From assembly GCA_025786725.1 (NCBI GenBank), contig JAHLTZ010000004.1:372001-436000 (forward strand): a stretch of DNA of 64,000 nt, written 5' to 3'. The notes beneath the pieces were generated by a model, which had not been told where the DNA came from, ran no database searches, and worked only from the letters and a program-made list of their open reading frames with translations. Below, piece by piece: positions 51,509 to 64,000 of this stretch. This DNA comes from Syncephalis fuscata S228. Lineage: Eukaryota > Fungi > Zoopagomycota. Numbering within the stretch: position 1 is the stretch's first letter; each line of letters begins with the position of its first letter. The position numbers were made by a program, and so were the translations under genes.

Positions 51509-53962
51509 ATGCTGCAGCTCATCAGAAAGTCACGGCATCAATGGCGACTGTTGCTGGTGTATTTGTTACTATTAGTATTATTGTCGGCATCATTGACCGG
51601 TAAGTACCGGTTAAATAGTCTATATTCTACGGGAATGGCCATAAGCTCGTACATAATACCTAATTACTAATACGCCACTATTGGTATGGTTGTTAGTGAC
51701 GGCTGAACCTGTATGTGCTGCGTTAAAAACGCCATCCACGTTATGTCCGGACATTACGTTTAATACAACGGTAACCGATGCAAGTGCCACTGACAAAACA
51801 ATCAAAGGTAGTTTTAAAACAACAATAAACAAATCGATACATTTACTTATTGAATATAACGCTAATTTGCAGATTTATTGGATAAGATCAGTCGTGAAGG
51901 AGCTGGAAGCGCAGGCGCTGATTGCTTTCTGTCCATCCGTCGTACGCTTTGTCTTACACATTATCGCAAATGTGACCCAGCAGCCAATGCAACACTAACG
52001 CCCGTTTGCACTAGTGTTCGGTAAGTTTACCAGCGAGTATATGGTATGGAACTGTCAAATATTGACCATCAGTAGAAAACATGTATTTGAAGTCTGTGCT
52101 AAAGGTGGCGCATTTGCTGACACCACGGTGATCAAGGCCAATCTAGATGATAAGGCTTTTGGCGACGATAAAGATTGTATTGCTTTGGCAGTTGGCACAA
52201 ATGCTGTGGATGCAAAACCAGTCAACGCATCAGCGACAAAGACCAGTGAACCAGCACCGACTTCAGCTGTGCCTCTACGTACCTGTTCTCTATTCGATAT
52301 GGCTGCAAGCTACAAAGACCATTGTGCACAGCAGCACACACGTACGCTACTACTTCAGAAAAAGCTAAACACCAATTGTAATGATACTAATGTACTTGCT
52401 AAGACGGAACGCACTTTGCTTTGTCCATGTAGTTCCAATATGATGCGTAATTACACCTCGCCATGTGCCAAAGATGGAAAACAAATGGTTATTTCATATC
52501 AGCCTGATATACGTAATCAGCATTGTGACCGTCAATTAGCAATTCCACAACCTTTCAATGCTACATGTTCTTTCCAAGATGATCTGTGGGATGTTAGTAA
52601 TGGCGTTTATCGTGATTTTCGCGATATTCGATGGTCCATGCGTACTGGATGTGCACCAAACCATTGTTTCAACAAGAAAGGCAAAGATACACGCAAAAAG
52701 CATGATCCAGATTGCGCTATATCTCCAGAAGGCTGTAAAAAGTAAGTGCAAATAAACGCGTAGTTAATTTATAAATATTAATCAATGATTCGTTTATTAG
52801 TTGGCGTGTCACTAAAACTGGTGCACATATTGACGCACTGAACTCCAATTTAACTTCATTTTTAGAATTTGAAATATCTTCTTTGGTAATAATGATTTAT
52901 CTATTGCTATATTGAATTCATTCTAACTATTGATAATATCTAGGATACGGTCATGAATCCAGCTGTAATATTTACCTTTAATGTATCGACAAATATACCT
53001 ATTGACGTGGGTCTACGCGCCAAACTCGACGGCGTTGAACGTATGCCGCTTGTAAGCAATCAAACCAATATTACAGGTTATGAAATTGCATTAGTCCCCG
53101 GCAAAAAGCATCAAATTCGCTGGGAATGGCTAGGATTAGATGGTCACCAAGGCAATGCTAGTATTCATGAAATTGCCTTACGTGATACATTTGCAGAGAT
53201 TAATACTAGGCCTTCGATGCCACATAAGCCAACTCTTTCGTCCAGTGCTTCACCGCCTATATCGACTACTACGCCTATCGGCAATAATACAGTCAAGGCG
53301 GCTGCTAATTCTACCGATAATAAGCAAGAGCAGTTAAAACTTAATAATAATAATAGTAATACAACAAATAATACAAACAGTACCAATATAACACTGGCCG
53401 ACCAGACAGCTGTAGTTACACTGAATTCGTCTGAACTTTCTTCCAATATTAACCATCAACCAACACGACATCAATCGTCGAATGTCACAACTGCACAAAA
53501 GCCACAAAATCCATTTACAGTGGCTAATGTAGTCAGCGTGGCAAATGCAGAAAATGCCACTGCGGAAACGATTGACGAAGTTGCCGTATCACGTCGGTTT
53601 TCTGGCGGTGTATTTGTCACAACGCTATTTATTATATTTGCTGTTATTATTAGCAGTTTATTTTTATGGAGAAAAAAAATGGGCCACTATCTAGGTATTG
53701 CTAACTTAGTTAATCGATGGCTACAAAGGCGATATGCGGTTGTTCCAACTGCCGAATCGCTATCGCCACAGCCGGCAAAAAACGTGGACGACCAGGATGC
53801 GCAATTTGAAATGAATCATTTTCAAGTGATTGATGTAAGTAGCTGATTTAAAATGGTATTAACTAGGCAACTTAACCAATATAACTACTTTAGGATGAGG
53901 ATATTTTAGAGTTTGGTTCGTTAAAGGATCATCTGTCTGATGATGATGATACGGTTGTTTAA
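51509..53962 (+). CDS. Type I membrane protein: signal peptide, Frizzled-CRD-like and ELAPOR/KIAA1324-like Cys-rich ectodomain, TM, acidic tail
   Basis: Spliced N-terminus MLQLIRKSRHQWRLLLVYLLLLVLLSASLTVTA-EPVC; DCFLSIRRTLCLTHYRKCD..PVCTS; TM VFVTTLFIIFAVIISSLFLW; tail ..DEDILEF..SDDDDTVV. Confidence 0.65.
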
Positions 53963-54310
53963 TCATTTGCAACCATATCAGCAACATTTGATAAATATAT
54001 TCAACTAATTACAATTAATTATCTATTTAAATACCGATTAAGGATTAATGGTTCATGAGATATCAGCATAAACTTTTTTATTTAATCCTGTTAACAACAA
54101 CAATGACAAGTAGATATAGATAACACCAAAAAATATTGGGTTTTTTTAACTTTTGACAAAAACAATGCGTAGCATTATACATAGTTATAGGTAGATGTGC
54201 ACGCAATTATACTAATAGTTGGAACTGTTTCTTATATATTCTACTATTGGCTACTGTTATTATAAAATAAAATAAAATAAAATTTAATAATCCAATAAAT
54301 TGTAAATGGA

Positions 54311-55630
54311 CTAGTGCTGTCTAGATGATTGCCATTGTGACCACCGTCGAACAGTCTCTTCGTAGACGGTCCATGTTAATGCAGAGCTTACAGCTTTACG
54401 TGAGATGCGCAATATTAGACCATCAAAGAATCCACGCCAGCCTTCTTGCTAATAATTGTATTATTATTATTATTAATGAATTTGTTGTTTAGCAGCCATT
54501 TATATCAACCTACTTGAAGGATTAACTGGGTAGCGGACCAGGCATTACGGTAAACATCCGGTTGTACTTGTACTCGTGTTTTTACCAAATCAAATGGTTG
54601 CGTAATTGTTGTTGCCAACAATCCAGCCGCCATTCCTGGTATTTGTTATAGCTATTAGCTTAATCTACATTGTCGCCAATACTGGCAGCTATTTACCTGA
54701 TATCAAGTTATTGGCCGAAATAGATAGCCTATTTCGTTCTATTTATATATTAATATTTGTCTTTTGCTATATTTAAAATGGAAAAAAAAGTTGTACACCA
54801 TACCTGTATTAAATACATTCGATTTACTACCTTCGTAGAAAAAAAGAAATAGACCTGCATACGGAGCATCGCGCAATGCTGTGACACCAAATCCTAGAAA
54901 TAACCCTGGGTATATTATAAAATTATCAATTATATTAGATATCCAGATTATGCCACAAGCTTACCGCGTACACCTTCACGGCTAGCAATATGCCGAAATG
55001 CTTGCCATAGATTACGATAGGCAAACGTACTACTCTACTTAATAATAATAATAATAATAATAATAATATGTTTATCATTAATTATTAATTTATAAATAAT
55101 AGTACATTACCTCGAAACGGGCCTTGGCCACAGTTAAGGGCATTACAGCCATACCAGCAAGTATTCGAGCTGTTGCACCAATAACTAAATGTTCTGTAGG
55201 TGTTAATACAGTGCTGGACTTTTGATATCGCCAACGAGTACGTAAATTTTCAATAATTGCAAAATAAAATGCTTGGCCAGGTACATTTCTAATTCACGAT
55301 TATTATCATGATTATTACTATCACATAGCTATTTCTCTACCGTGCTAGTGTTGGTATAGTACCGCGCCATAGTCCAAATACGCCATTGTGCTTAATGACC
55401 GTATGTATCTCATGCCATATCCGACTTTCTTTATGCAATAAATTGCTAGGATGCGTTGTTTGCTGTCGCTGCTGTTGTAGACGTGTTTTTAATAAATCCA
55501 GTGGTTGTAATAATATGCACGTCGCTACGCCGGATAAACCACCTGCTGTAAAGTAGGATGGACCTTTTGTCTTTTCTACGACACGACCGTTGCCAGCAGA
55601 TGAGACGACCAATGAAGTAGAACTGGTCAT
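54311..55630 (-). CDS. HEM25: Mitochondrial glycine carrier (SLC25A38/Hem25)
   Basis: [76 protein letters not shown]. Confidence 0.88.
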
Positions 55631-55774
55631 GCACACGTAATGAATTGTTTTTGTAACAAAAGTAATGGTCGACTGGAGTGGAAAGAAGAAAGAATAATAT
55701 TTTGTTATTTAATTAATTGCCATTGCTATTATACTAATATTAAACAATTTAGTAATAATTTAATGTAATTTGGT

Positions 55775-55865
55775 GGCCAAATGACTACATTTAATAATAT
55801 TCATACATTTAAATTGAATATTCTTTCCATTGAACAGAATGGATGGTGAGTGACATTAAATATCA
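55775..55865 (+). repeat. Partial copy of the dispersed repeat / MITE end
   Basis: ccaaatgactacatttaataatatt..cattgaacagaatggatggtgagtgacattaaa is shared with 50460-50615 and 60338-60410. Confidence 0.7.
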
Positions 55866-56287
55866 AATTATAATGCTTTGAATACTTTACAGCAACAATA
55901 ATATGGATTAACATTTATTTATTATATTTTATTGTAAGTAACAGAAATACTATTTAATATCTATTTTAATATTAAGAATAGTGCAAATTAATCAAGACTG
56001 ATCGATTTACTTTTCAATATTAAAAACTGACCGACGGTTTATTTGAGCTATGGAACTTTTTGTTCTTCATACACTAACGAATAAAGAAATTGGTTAAATA
56101 TATTGAAACACGCAAACAGGGTGCAATAACTAGTATGACGTGTATATGCTTGCTGTTGTTTCGTGTAACAATTGCACCGTATAAGACCGATACCCAACGC
56201 CTTTTGCCTTTTAAATCTTTTTCAACACTTCTGTCGTCGTTTTATTTAAAACGTATCCTTGTTGGAAATACATCTATTCTGATTATT

Positions 56288-58687
56288 ATGGCATCAGTAG
56301 ATAGCAAAGGTATGCTTGATGTATAACATGATGTTGTCTATACTGATGTTTATATTGTGTATATACAGCTGCTTCTCAAAAGCATATCATTAACAAACGG
56401 GAAAAGGTAGATTTAAACAATGGCAAACGCACGCATCAATGTATTAAGCAATAAGTAGCTAGTTGATGAGGCCATTCATGGTTATGTTTTAGCTCATCCG
56501 CACTTACAACTTGTGAAACAGCACAAAAGTAAGAATCAACGATTTTATTGATAATCACAAATAGCATCACTGATAAAACATTAGTTGTTATTTGTCGAGA
56601 TATTGATTCTGTACGAGAAAAACAAGTAACGGTTATTTCCGGCGGTAAGTGATATAATTTGTGTTTTAAACTGCGTTGTGCCGAAGACAACTGTAACTGA
56701 TATCAACAATCATTTTAGGTGGCGCGGGTCATGAACCAACAGCTATAGGCTATGTTGGCAATGGCATGCTAAGTGCTGCAGTTAGTGGTAATCTATTTGC
56801 ATCCCCTTCTCCGCGACAAATATTAGCGGCTATTCGTCTGTGCCAATCGCCTCATGGCACGCTGCTAGTGGTAAAGAACTACACAGGAGATGTGTTGAAT
56901 TTTGGTCTAGCACGTGAGCGTGCTGTCGCCGAAGGCATTCGTGTTGAGATGGTTGTAGTGGGCGACGATTGTGCCGTTGGCAAGGCAAAGGGCGGCCTGG
57001 TAGGAAGACGAGGGCTTGCAGGTGCGATAGTGGTCCATAAGATTGTTGGTGCGCTTGCTGCTCGCGGGTCAGTGTTTTTAGCTGCAACATGTTTCAATAA
57101 TTTATATTTTGCTATGTAGTGAACTGTTAGACACCATCCTAGCTACAGCAAAAAATGTTATATCCAATTTAAGCACGGTAGGAGTTGCGCTAGAGCCGTG
57201 TTATGTTCCGGGTGCCGACAACTCAAACGTAAGAAAGCTAAAGCCAAATGAAATCGAGCTTGGTATGGGTATGTGCTGTTAAATAAAAGTAAGACGGTCA
57301 TTAGTGCTGATTGCAATTAAAGGTATTCACGGTGAACCTGGCTGCGAAGTAATCCCTTTACTTCCATCGCGCCAACTTGCCCAGCGTATGCTGGCAATGG
57401 TGACGGCAACCGAGGAAACTGATTCTGATCGTGCATTTGTATCGTGGTCTAAAGAAAATAAGGATAGTGTTGTAGTGCTTGTTAATAACTTGGGAGGCAC
57501 TTCGGTACTAGAGTTATCTGCTTTTACCAACGATGTTGTGGAACTGGCTGGTAAGCGGCAGCTGATAGTTAAAGCAGCAGTGTACGCTTTATTGAATTTT
57601 AGCTAGAACAAAAAGGATTGTCGGTAAAAAGAATTTATAGTGGGCCTATAATAACGGCACTTAATACACCTGGAGTCTCAATCACCTTATTCCGGCTGGG
57701 AGATTCAAATAGCGAAGCGCAGCTACTTGGCCTTTTGGATGCTCCTAATCATGCCACTGGCTGGCTGCACGCAGCTGGATATAACAAAAACGTGCTGTAC
57801 AGCTTTACTGATAGTTCCAAAAATACAAAGGTTGTCGATAACAACGGTAAGAATGCAGATATGTGCATCGGTAGTTTAATAATCGTGAAAAAGTTGGAGA
57901 TAATCCGCTAATTGCAAAGGTCATTCGAAAAGCATGCGAATCTGTTATCAACGCGGAACCAGAGATCACTCGTTTGGATACAATTACAGGAGACGGCGAC
58001 TGTGGTCATACACTGAAAAGTGGCGCCAATGGTAGGTTTAAATTCATTAATAACGCATATTAACCGTTACATTGATCAGCCATCCTATCGGCACTTGATG
58101 CCAGTACTCTGTCTCTTGCTCCTTTGGATAAACTTGCCATTGGCATTGCCGATATACTCGAGGATTCAATGGGTGGCACATCAGGGGCACTGTATTGGTA
58201 ACTAAAATTATTGCGTTGTATAAAAGTTTTAATCAAACATACCATTGTCCATAACTTTATTTAGTATATATTTCAATGCGCTGGCAGCATATTTTGCATC
58301 ATCTACTACATCTGATAAAAAATCATGGCAATCAGCAGCTAGTGTAAGTATTGGCGGCAGCCAATGTGGCCATGTCTAGTATGCTAACACAGATAAATAC
58401 AAAAGGTGGCTTTGCAACAACTCCAGCGCTATACAGCTGCTAGAAAAGGCGATCGTACAATGTTAGACGCGTTGATACCATTTGTCGAAGAGTTTGACCA
58501 AGGAGCAACACTATCTAAGGCAGTTGATGCAGCTCGTCAAGGCATGGATGCAACTATAACGATGCAGCCAAAATTGGGCCGCGCTACATATGTAGGAAAT
58601 TTGGAGCACGTGAATGAAGTTGATGCCGGGGCATACGGTGTCGTTAGCATTTTAGACGGATTGCAATCTGCTCTTGCAGACTTGTAA
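56288..58687 (+). CDS. DAK1: Dihydroxyacetone kinase (DAK1/DAK2 domains)
   Basis: [71 protein letters not shown]. Confidence 0.96.
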
Positions 58688-58902
58688 TTGCCGTATTACG
58701 TGTTTTGGGGATATAATCTAGCCAAATTATTAATTAGTTCGAGAATTGATTGAACATTGCAATGCAATAATAAAAAAATACTCTGTCCTATGCACCTGTG
58801 TCAATAATGTATACAAAGATGAAAGGACTCTACCTGTTTATTGGTTTGAGGGCAATTATATCACGTTTCATGGATGGAGCTGTACCAAGTTGAGACCAAT
58901 CG

Positions 58903-59135
58903 CATGGTTCGGTTGATAACTCCGCTGTAAGAGTTTGAAATAAATCTTGTTTACAATGCCATTTTTGCAGCATTGCATAACAGCAGTCACTGCTTGAATG
59001 TAAACTGCAGCCTGCAATCATATGGTTCAATTGACTAAACTCCGCTGTAAGAGTTTGAAATAAATCTAGTTTTTCATACCATTTTTGTAACATTGCATGG
59101 CAGCAGTCACTGTACGAATGTACACAGTTGTCTGC
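58903..59135. repeat. Two-copy 120-bp tandem duplication in the promoter of the Gly-rich secreted gene
   Basis: tccgctgtaagagtttgaaataaatct at 58921 and 59041; cagcagtcactg at 58981 and 59101. Confidence 0.9.
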
Positions 59136-59378
59136 AGAGTATTGTTTCAGCATCATACCCGACATCATGTTTTCAACGTGCAACGATATAGTAACTTGGT
59201 ATATAAAGCAGCTTCTATTTGGTGTCGAAATTAAATTATCACCACACTCAACAGATTCAGTCTACTTAACAACTTTCGTACTTACACAACAATAGCACCG
59301 AGCAAGCGCAGGCACTTCTCATATTTACAACATTTTAGTTTATTTTATTTAAACAAATTATATATCTAAGAATTCAAC

Positions 59379-60070
59379 ATGAAGTCCTATATCTATTTCG
59401 CTGTCCTTGCTGCTGCCGCTGCTATTGCATTAATCAATGTCGACGCTGCCCCTCAAACTTACACAGCCGACTCCACTTCATATAGCGTTGGTCCTGTCGA
59501 CACCAGCTACAGCACCGGATCAACTACTCCTGGATCATCTGGCGGCTCAAAGACTCCATCAACGCCAACCGGCTCTACTGGAAGTGGCAATGGCGGCAAC
59601 GGTGGCAACGGTGGTAATGGCGGCAATGGCGGTAACAGCAGCAGTGGCGGCAACGGTGGTAATGGCGGCAACGGCGGTAACGGCGGTAACAGCAGCAGTG
59701 GTGGCAATGGTGGTAACGGTGGTAACGGCGGCAATGGTGGTAACAGCAGCAGTGGAAGCAATGGTGGTAACGGCGGCAATAGCGGCTACGGCAGCAGCGG
59801 CAGTGTCGGTCAGGTGGCAGTGGCGGCAATGGTGGCAGCGGCGGTAATGGTGGCAATGGCCAAAACGGCAGCAATGGACAAAACGGTAGCAACGGCCAAA
59901 ACGGCAGCAACGGCTTATATGTCTCCCCACCTCGCGGTTCAAGTGGTGGTAAGCCTCGTCCAGTTGGAGGCTATTATGGCAGTGGCTCTAAAAGCAAGTC
60001 CTACGGCAAGGGTAGTGGTAGCACCACCACTGGTTCCACTGATACCAGCACTGACACTAGCTCCGACTAA
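59379..60070 (+). CDS. Secreted Gly/Asn/Ser-rich protein (GGN repeats), apparent frameshift at about 59805
   Basis: Signal peptide MKSYIYFAVLAAAAAIALINVDA-AP; (GGN)n and NSSS repeats continue in a shifted frame as GGSGGNGG..NGQNGS..GSTDTSTDTSSD* (TAA 60068-60070). Confidence 0.8.
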
Positions 60071-60337
60071 TGGTATACCATCGCTAAACACTGAATTTGC
60101 AATCTAGTGTTTAATACAAAATAACTTCGTCTAAATAAAACATTGAAACATCATTTGTTTGTAGTATGTTGTAATCTACTATCACAGCACCAGTATTTTA
60201 TTATTCAACAATGAGTGCAGCTTACTTTTGATCATTATATTTTGTTGTATAAAATCTATTGTATAAGTTATTAGAATTGACTACTTTTCCAGCTTAAACT
60301 ATCAGCACAAATCCAAATAATCGACAATAATAAAACA

Positions 60338-60480
60338 ATTTAATACTATTCATACATTTAAATTAAATATCTTTTATTGAACATGATGATGGATGGTGAG
60401 TAACATCAAAGTTTAAAATACTCATCATCATAGATTGATTATCCAGTATGCATATATCTCTATTCATCCATATTATTCAT
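60338..60480 (+). repeat. Copy of the dispersed repeat / MITE TIR sequence
   Basis: tattgaacatgatgatggatggt..aaagtttaaaatactcatcat..ttatccagtatgcatatat matches 50591-50672 and the reverse complement of 51010-51095. Confidence 0.8.
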
Positions 60481-60808
60481 CATTGTATACTCATACTATT
60501 ATATGCTATTCTATTAATAAAAAGTATTTGTCTATCATTAGTGCGTTTATTATGAGTTCAATTCATTGTGCTTAGTCATACATATAATAGTTTTAGCACT
60601 ATTATTCATACAGTTTATTTTATTCGCTTATATTCAACTATGTGTAAGCTAGTAAAACAGTTGTTTCTATTTATACATCTAACAGAAGTAAATGGATACA
60701 ATCACAATGCGGTGTAACAACTGATGAGACTCACTCAACAATAAGTACTGTCTACTCTTTCTATTCTTTGCTACTAAACTGATACTAGTTTAATTGCTCT
60801 CTTTAATA

Positions 60809-61753
60809 ATGACGCCTATTAACGGTTCTACCGCCTATAATACGGCTCTGGAGAATGCCAAAACGCTTTTGAAACAGAAAGACGAGGTGGAGGCAGAGAT
60901 TCGTAAGCAAGAAGCGTTGCTAAATGAGGTAGATAAATTAGCTGACTTTATGTTTTATGATTTGTAACAGTCCTAGCATCGCGTTGGTATGCATGAACCA
61001 TTAGTAGATCGAGAAGGATATCCCAGGGCGGACATAGACGTGTACTCGGCCCGTAAGATTCGTGTTCGAATCATTGGTAAATATCGCTATGATAAACGAA
61101 TAACAAGCTGACAAATACTCTCGCTGCTAGAATTACGCAACGATTTACGTGACTGTATGGCTTGTATTGAAAAGGCTCTTCATGAGGTACATGCTACTCG
61201 AGCCGAAGCTAATCAAGAAGGAGGGACAACCTTATGAGTGTTGATAATCCAGAGCCGGTCTTGCCACTCGCATCAATCGCCACCGCGTCTACTATTGCAA
61301 GTAAGCCATTTGCACGGGTCAATGCGGTGTCACCTGATTCGCCAGCATGGGATGCTGTAAGCTGAATACTTTGCTACAGGCATAGTAGCTGAATTTAACC
61401 ACATCTGCTTCATTAGGGACTGCGAAGAGATGACCGAATCCTATGCTTTGGCGATATCGACATTCAACAGTACGAATCATTGGCACAGATTGGCGAATTG
61501 GTCAATAGTAATGAAGGAGTAAGCTGCTGTCTCCAATTGAGGCAATTATTAACTTTTTTTATTAGCGTACAATCAACATTACGGTTGAAAGACTATTAGA
61601 TAACAGTGGCAATTCATGGAAACACCAGATACTGCAGTTGATTCCACGTAAAGACTGGGGCGGTCGTGGTATGCTGGGGTAGGTAGTTTAATATACGCAC
61701 GATAGTTTAACTAATGCACAAATAGCTGCCATATTGTTCCGATGGAGGATTAG
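60809..61753 (+). CDS. NAS2: 26S proteasome assembly chaperone Nas2/PSMD9 (apparent frameshift at about 61225)
   Basis: [32 protein letters not shown]; PDZ-like [20 protein letters not shown]; [19 protein letters not shown]. Confidence 0.92.
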
Positions 61754-63330
61754 TTACAATCAACTAATAAACACTGCATAGCACTTTATCATCACCAATA
61801 AACTGTATTACTGATAGTTCACTGATTAGTTCCACGCTTATGTTACAAAATTAAGTAGTTACAATCAGTATTAATACGTAAAACTCAATATTTTGAAAGT
61901 AATTGGAAAACAAGTTAGGCATTTGTGACGAGTAGACGAATAACCTGTATGAAATCATGCTATTAGTTATGTTTTTATAATCATGATAGCACTTTGAAAC
62001 TAGGGAATTTTAAAAATGTATTGTTTTTAAATAATTAATAAAAACTTTAGTCTACTTGCGATATCTTTTTATTCATACATTTCGTTATCGTATTGTATGT
62101 CACAAGTAACTGCAATGGTCTAACTGCATTTTTTAATTACCGCAATGTCTTCTAAACTATTTGATGGAATCATATTTACCAACATCAAAGAACTGAGGAT
62201 TGCAATTGACGAGTTGAGACTTGTTGACAATTGTAAATGATGTTCCTACATTCTCAAATATAAACCAAAAGATGTACAAATAAGAGCATTAAGTACATAT
62301 TTCATTGTTTAATATACACTAACGATTGTAATAGCTAATAGATGTTATATTTTTTATTACAAAACTGGCCTTCTTTTGATCCAACAAAAAAGAATGCCAT
62401 TGTTACGACACCAGTAATGAAATGATGTAACATTTATCAAATAACCAAAGGAGGAAAAGTAATAGTAGTAGTAGCTTAAATTAACATATTTATAACAAAA
62501 TTTGTCATTGTATAAATCCTGATAACAAGTTAAAATAAGTTGTATTGTAAAAGCATCTTTATTATTACTTGAGTAACAATATTATGTATTTATAATGTTG
62601 TTGAATAATAAGAGCTAAAAAGCTAAAAAAATTGATGGAAAAAGTTAATTACAATAAATATGAAATGCAGTTACAGAAATGATTTTATTACTAAATATCT
62701 TTTTTGATTAAAAATTGAAAACTGGGGCGTTTTTTAAATTCCCCTTAAAACTAATATCAGTTCAAAATACGTAACACCAATATAAGGATGGAACTAAAGC
62801 ATTAAACATGGGACTTGGAAGAAATTGAATAAAGCAGTCTTTAGCACTATAATATGATTGAATCATAATTTGCATAATTATATTCAATTAGCATGCGTAA
62901 AGCTGTATTATGACCAGTTTGGCTTTTTAAAAATGATACTTTGCACAACGACATGAAAGATAAATATTTGATTTGATACAAAAAATCAGAATTGTATTAG
63001 CATGCGACAAGTAATCGACCAATTGCATTCTGATGTCATCCTTTAGTACTTGTATTTTCAAGGTGCTTTTTGTAAATAGTAGCAGGGTACGTTGACTCCA
63101 TCAAACTTTGTTTTAGAAGGATGTACAGAATAATAGCTTTACTCGTTAATGATGTAACAATTTCAGTATATAAGCAATAGCTTTTAATGTTAAATCTCAA
63201 TATTCATTAAGTTAGCACCATCTATTTCAGCGTTCACATCTCTACAACATTATCGAGTAAGCGCAGGTCCTTCTCGTTTTAACACGTCGCTTTACTTTGT
63301 TTGATCAAATAGCATATTTACTGTTTCAAT

Positions 63331-64000
63331 ATGAAATCATCTGTTTTTGCTATCGTCGCTATTGCCATTATCGCATTGACCAGATTGAAGCTACTCCTGT
63401 TTATTCCAATGGCAATGTGGGCAATTATGGAGGTCGTTCCAATAACTATGGTGGCAATAGCAACGATAGTGCAAGATATAATAATAACAATCCCAGGAGA
63501 GCTGCATACAGAGGTGCCACTCAAGGCCGTCGTGGATCCAGTGCCGGAAATGCACACAGATCTAATGGCGTAGCTTTGTATGGTCAAAGAAAGGGAGCAA
63601 ATTATAACAAGCGTGTTCAAGGTGAATACAGCACTGAAGTCCTTTAGAATATAATAAACAACAGGAGCAGGATATGGAGCAGGATATGAGCAGGATATGA
63701 AGCAGGAACATCTACTACCACTGATACAAATCAAACTCAGGTGCCACTACTACAGGGGAAATAGCAACAGGAACAGAAATGGCCACTTCGACCAATACAA
63801 ATCAATATTCTAGCTCTAATATTAATGAAGAGACGGGAACAGAACGGGAACAGGAACAGAAATGACCACCTCGACCAATACAAATCAATATTCTAGCTCT
63901 AATACTAATAAAGCAACAGGAACAGGAACAAGCAGTGGCACGAATGGTGGTTATTATTTCTCTGGAGATACTAAGGAAGAGGTAGGAACAGGAGCAAATG
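63331..64000 (+). CDS. Secreted Gly/Asn/Thr-rich low-complexity protein with several apparent indels (low-quality consensus or pseudogene); probably continues beyond the window
   Basis: Signal-like MKSSVFAIVAIAIIALT, continuing in another frame as QIEATPVYSNGNVGNYGG..; GAGY repeats; ~55-nt segment repeated at 84-bp offset (63766-63904); TATA at about 63168. Confidence 0.55.

Noticed and set aside
59437-59942. PPL-repeat, Cys/Arg/His-rich and Ala/Val/Thr ORFs in other frames
   Set aside because: Frame shadows of the GGN codon repeat
59806-60107. Hydrophobic, GPI-like C-terminus of the 242-aa ORF (VAVAAMVAAAVM...)
   Set aside because: Out-of-frame reading of continuing GGN repeats after an indel

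Overview
Intron-rich, AT-rich fungal genomic DNA. Gene content, short introns, a U12 intron and lineage-specific 7TM/secreted kinase-like genes point to an early-diverging fungus, plausibly Zoopagomycota (Syncephalis-like); this is inference. The flanks carry about 18 housekeeping genes: otubain, mL40, FYRN/FYRC protein, SAC1, MAD2, KGD1, BRD7/9-like, SYG1/XPR1, FIG4, prefoldin 5, PRP46, 14-3-3, HEM25, DAK1, NAS2 and others. An accessory island at about 18.9-33.7 kb holds the main discovery, a minus-strand gene (19670-21764) invisible to the ORF track. It has 26 predicted exons, 23 of them only 3 nt long, and 21 of those are consecutive, mostly separated by homologous ~80-nt tandem introns. 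Spliced, it reads as signal peptide + Kex2-type propeptide + a 23-aa CxxxC/CxC peptide (QSGCNKSCQFDPRYFCRCLGEII), essentially one exon per residue. It lies head-to-head with three recombining GPCR-like genes, followed by a secreted pseudokinase. Other notable items: a PKI-like PKA pseudosubstrate motif in a fungal protein, an AT-AC minor-spliceosome intron, a Frizzled-CRD/ELAPOR-like membrane protein and a MITE-like foldback. Several single-base frameshifts in conserved genes suggest consensus errors, so single-base anomalies need read-level confirmation.
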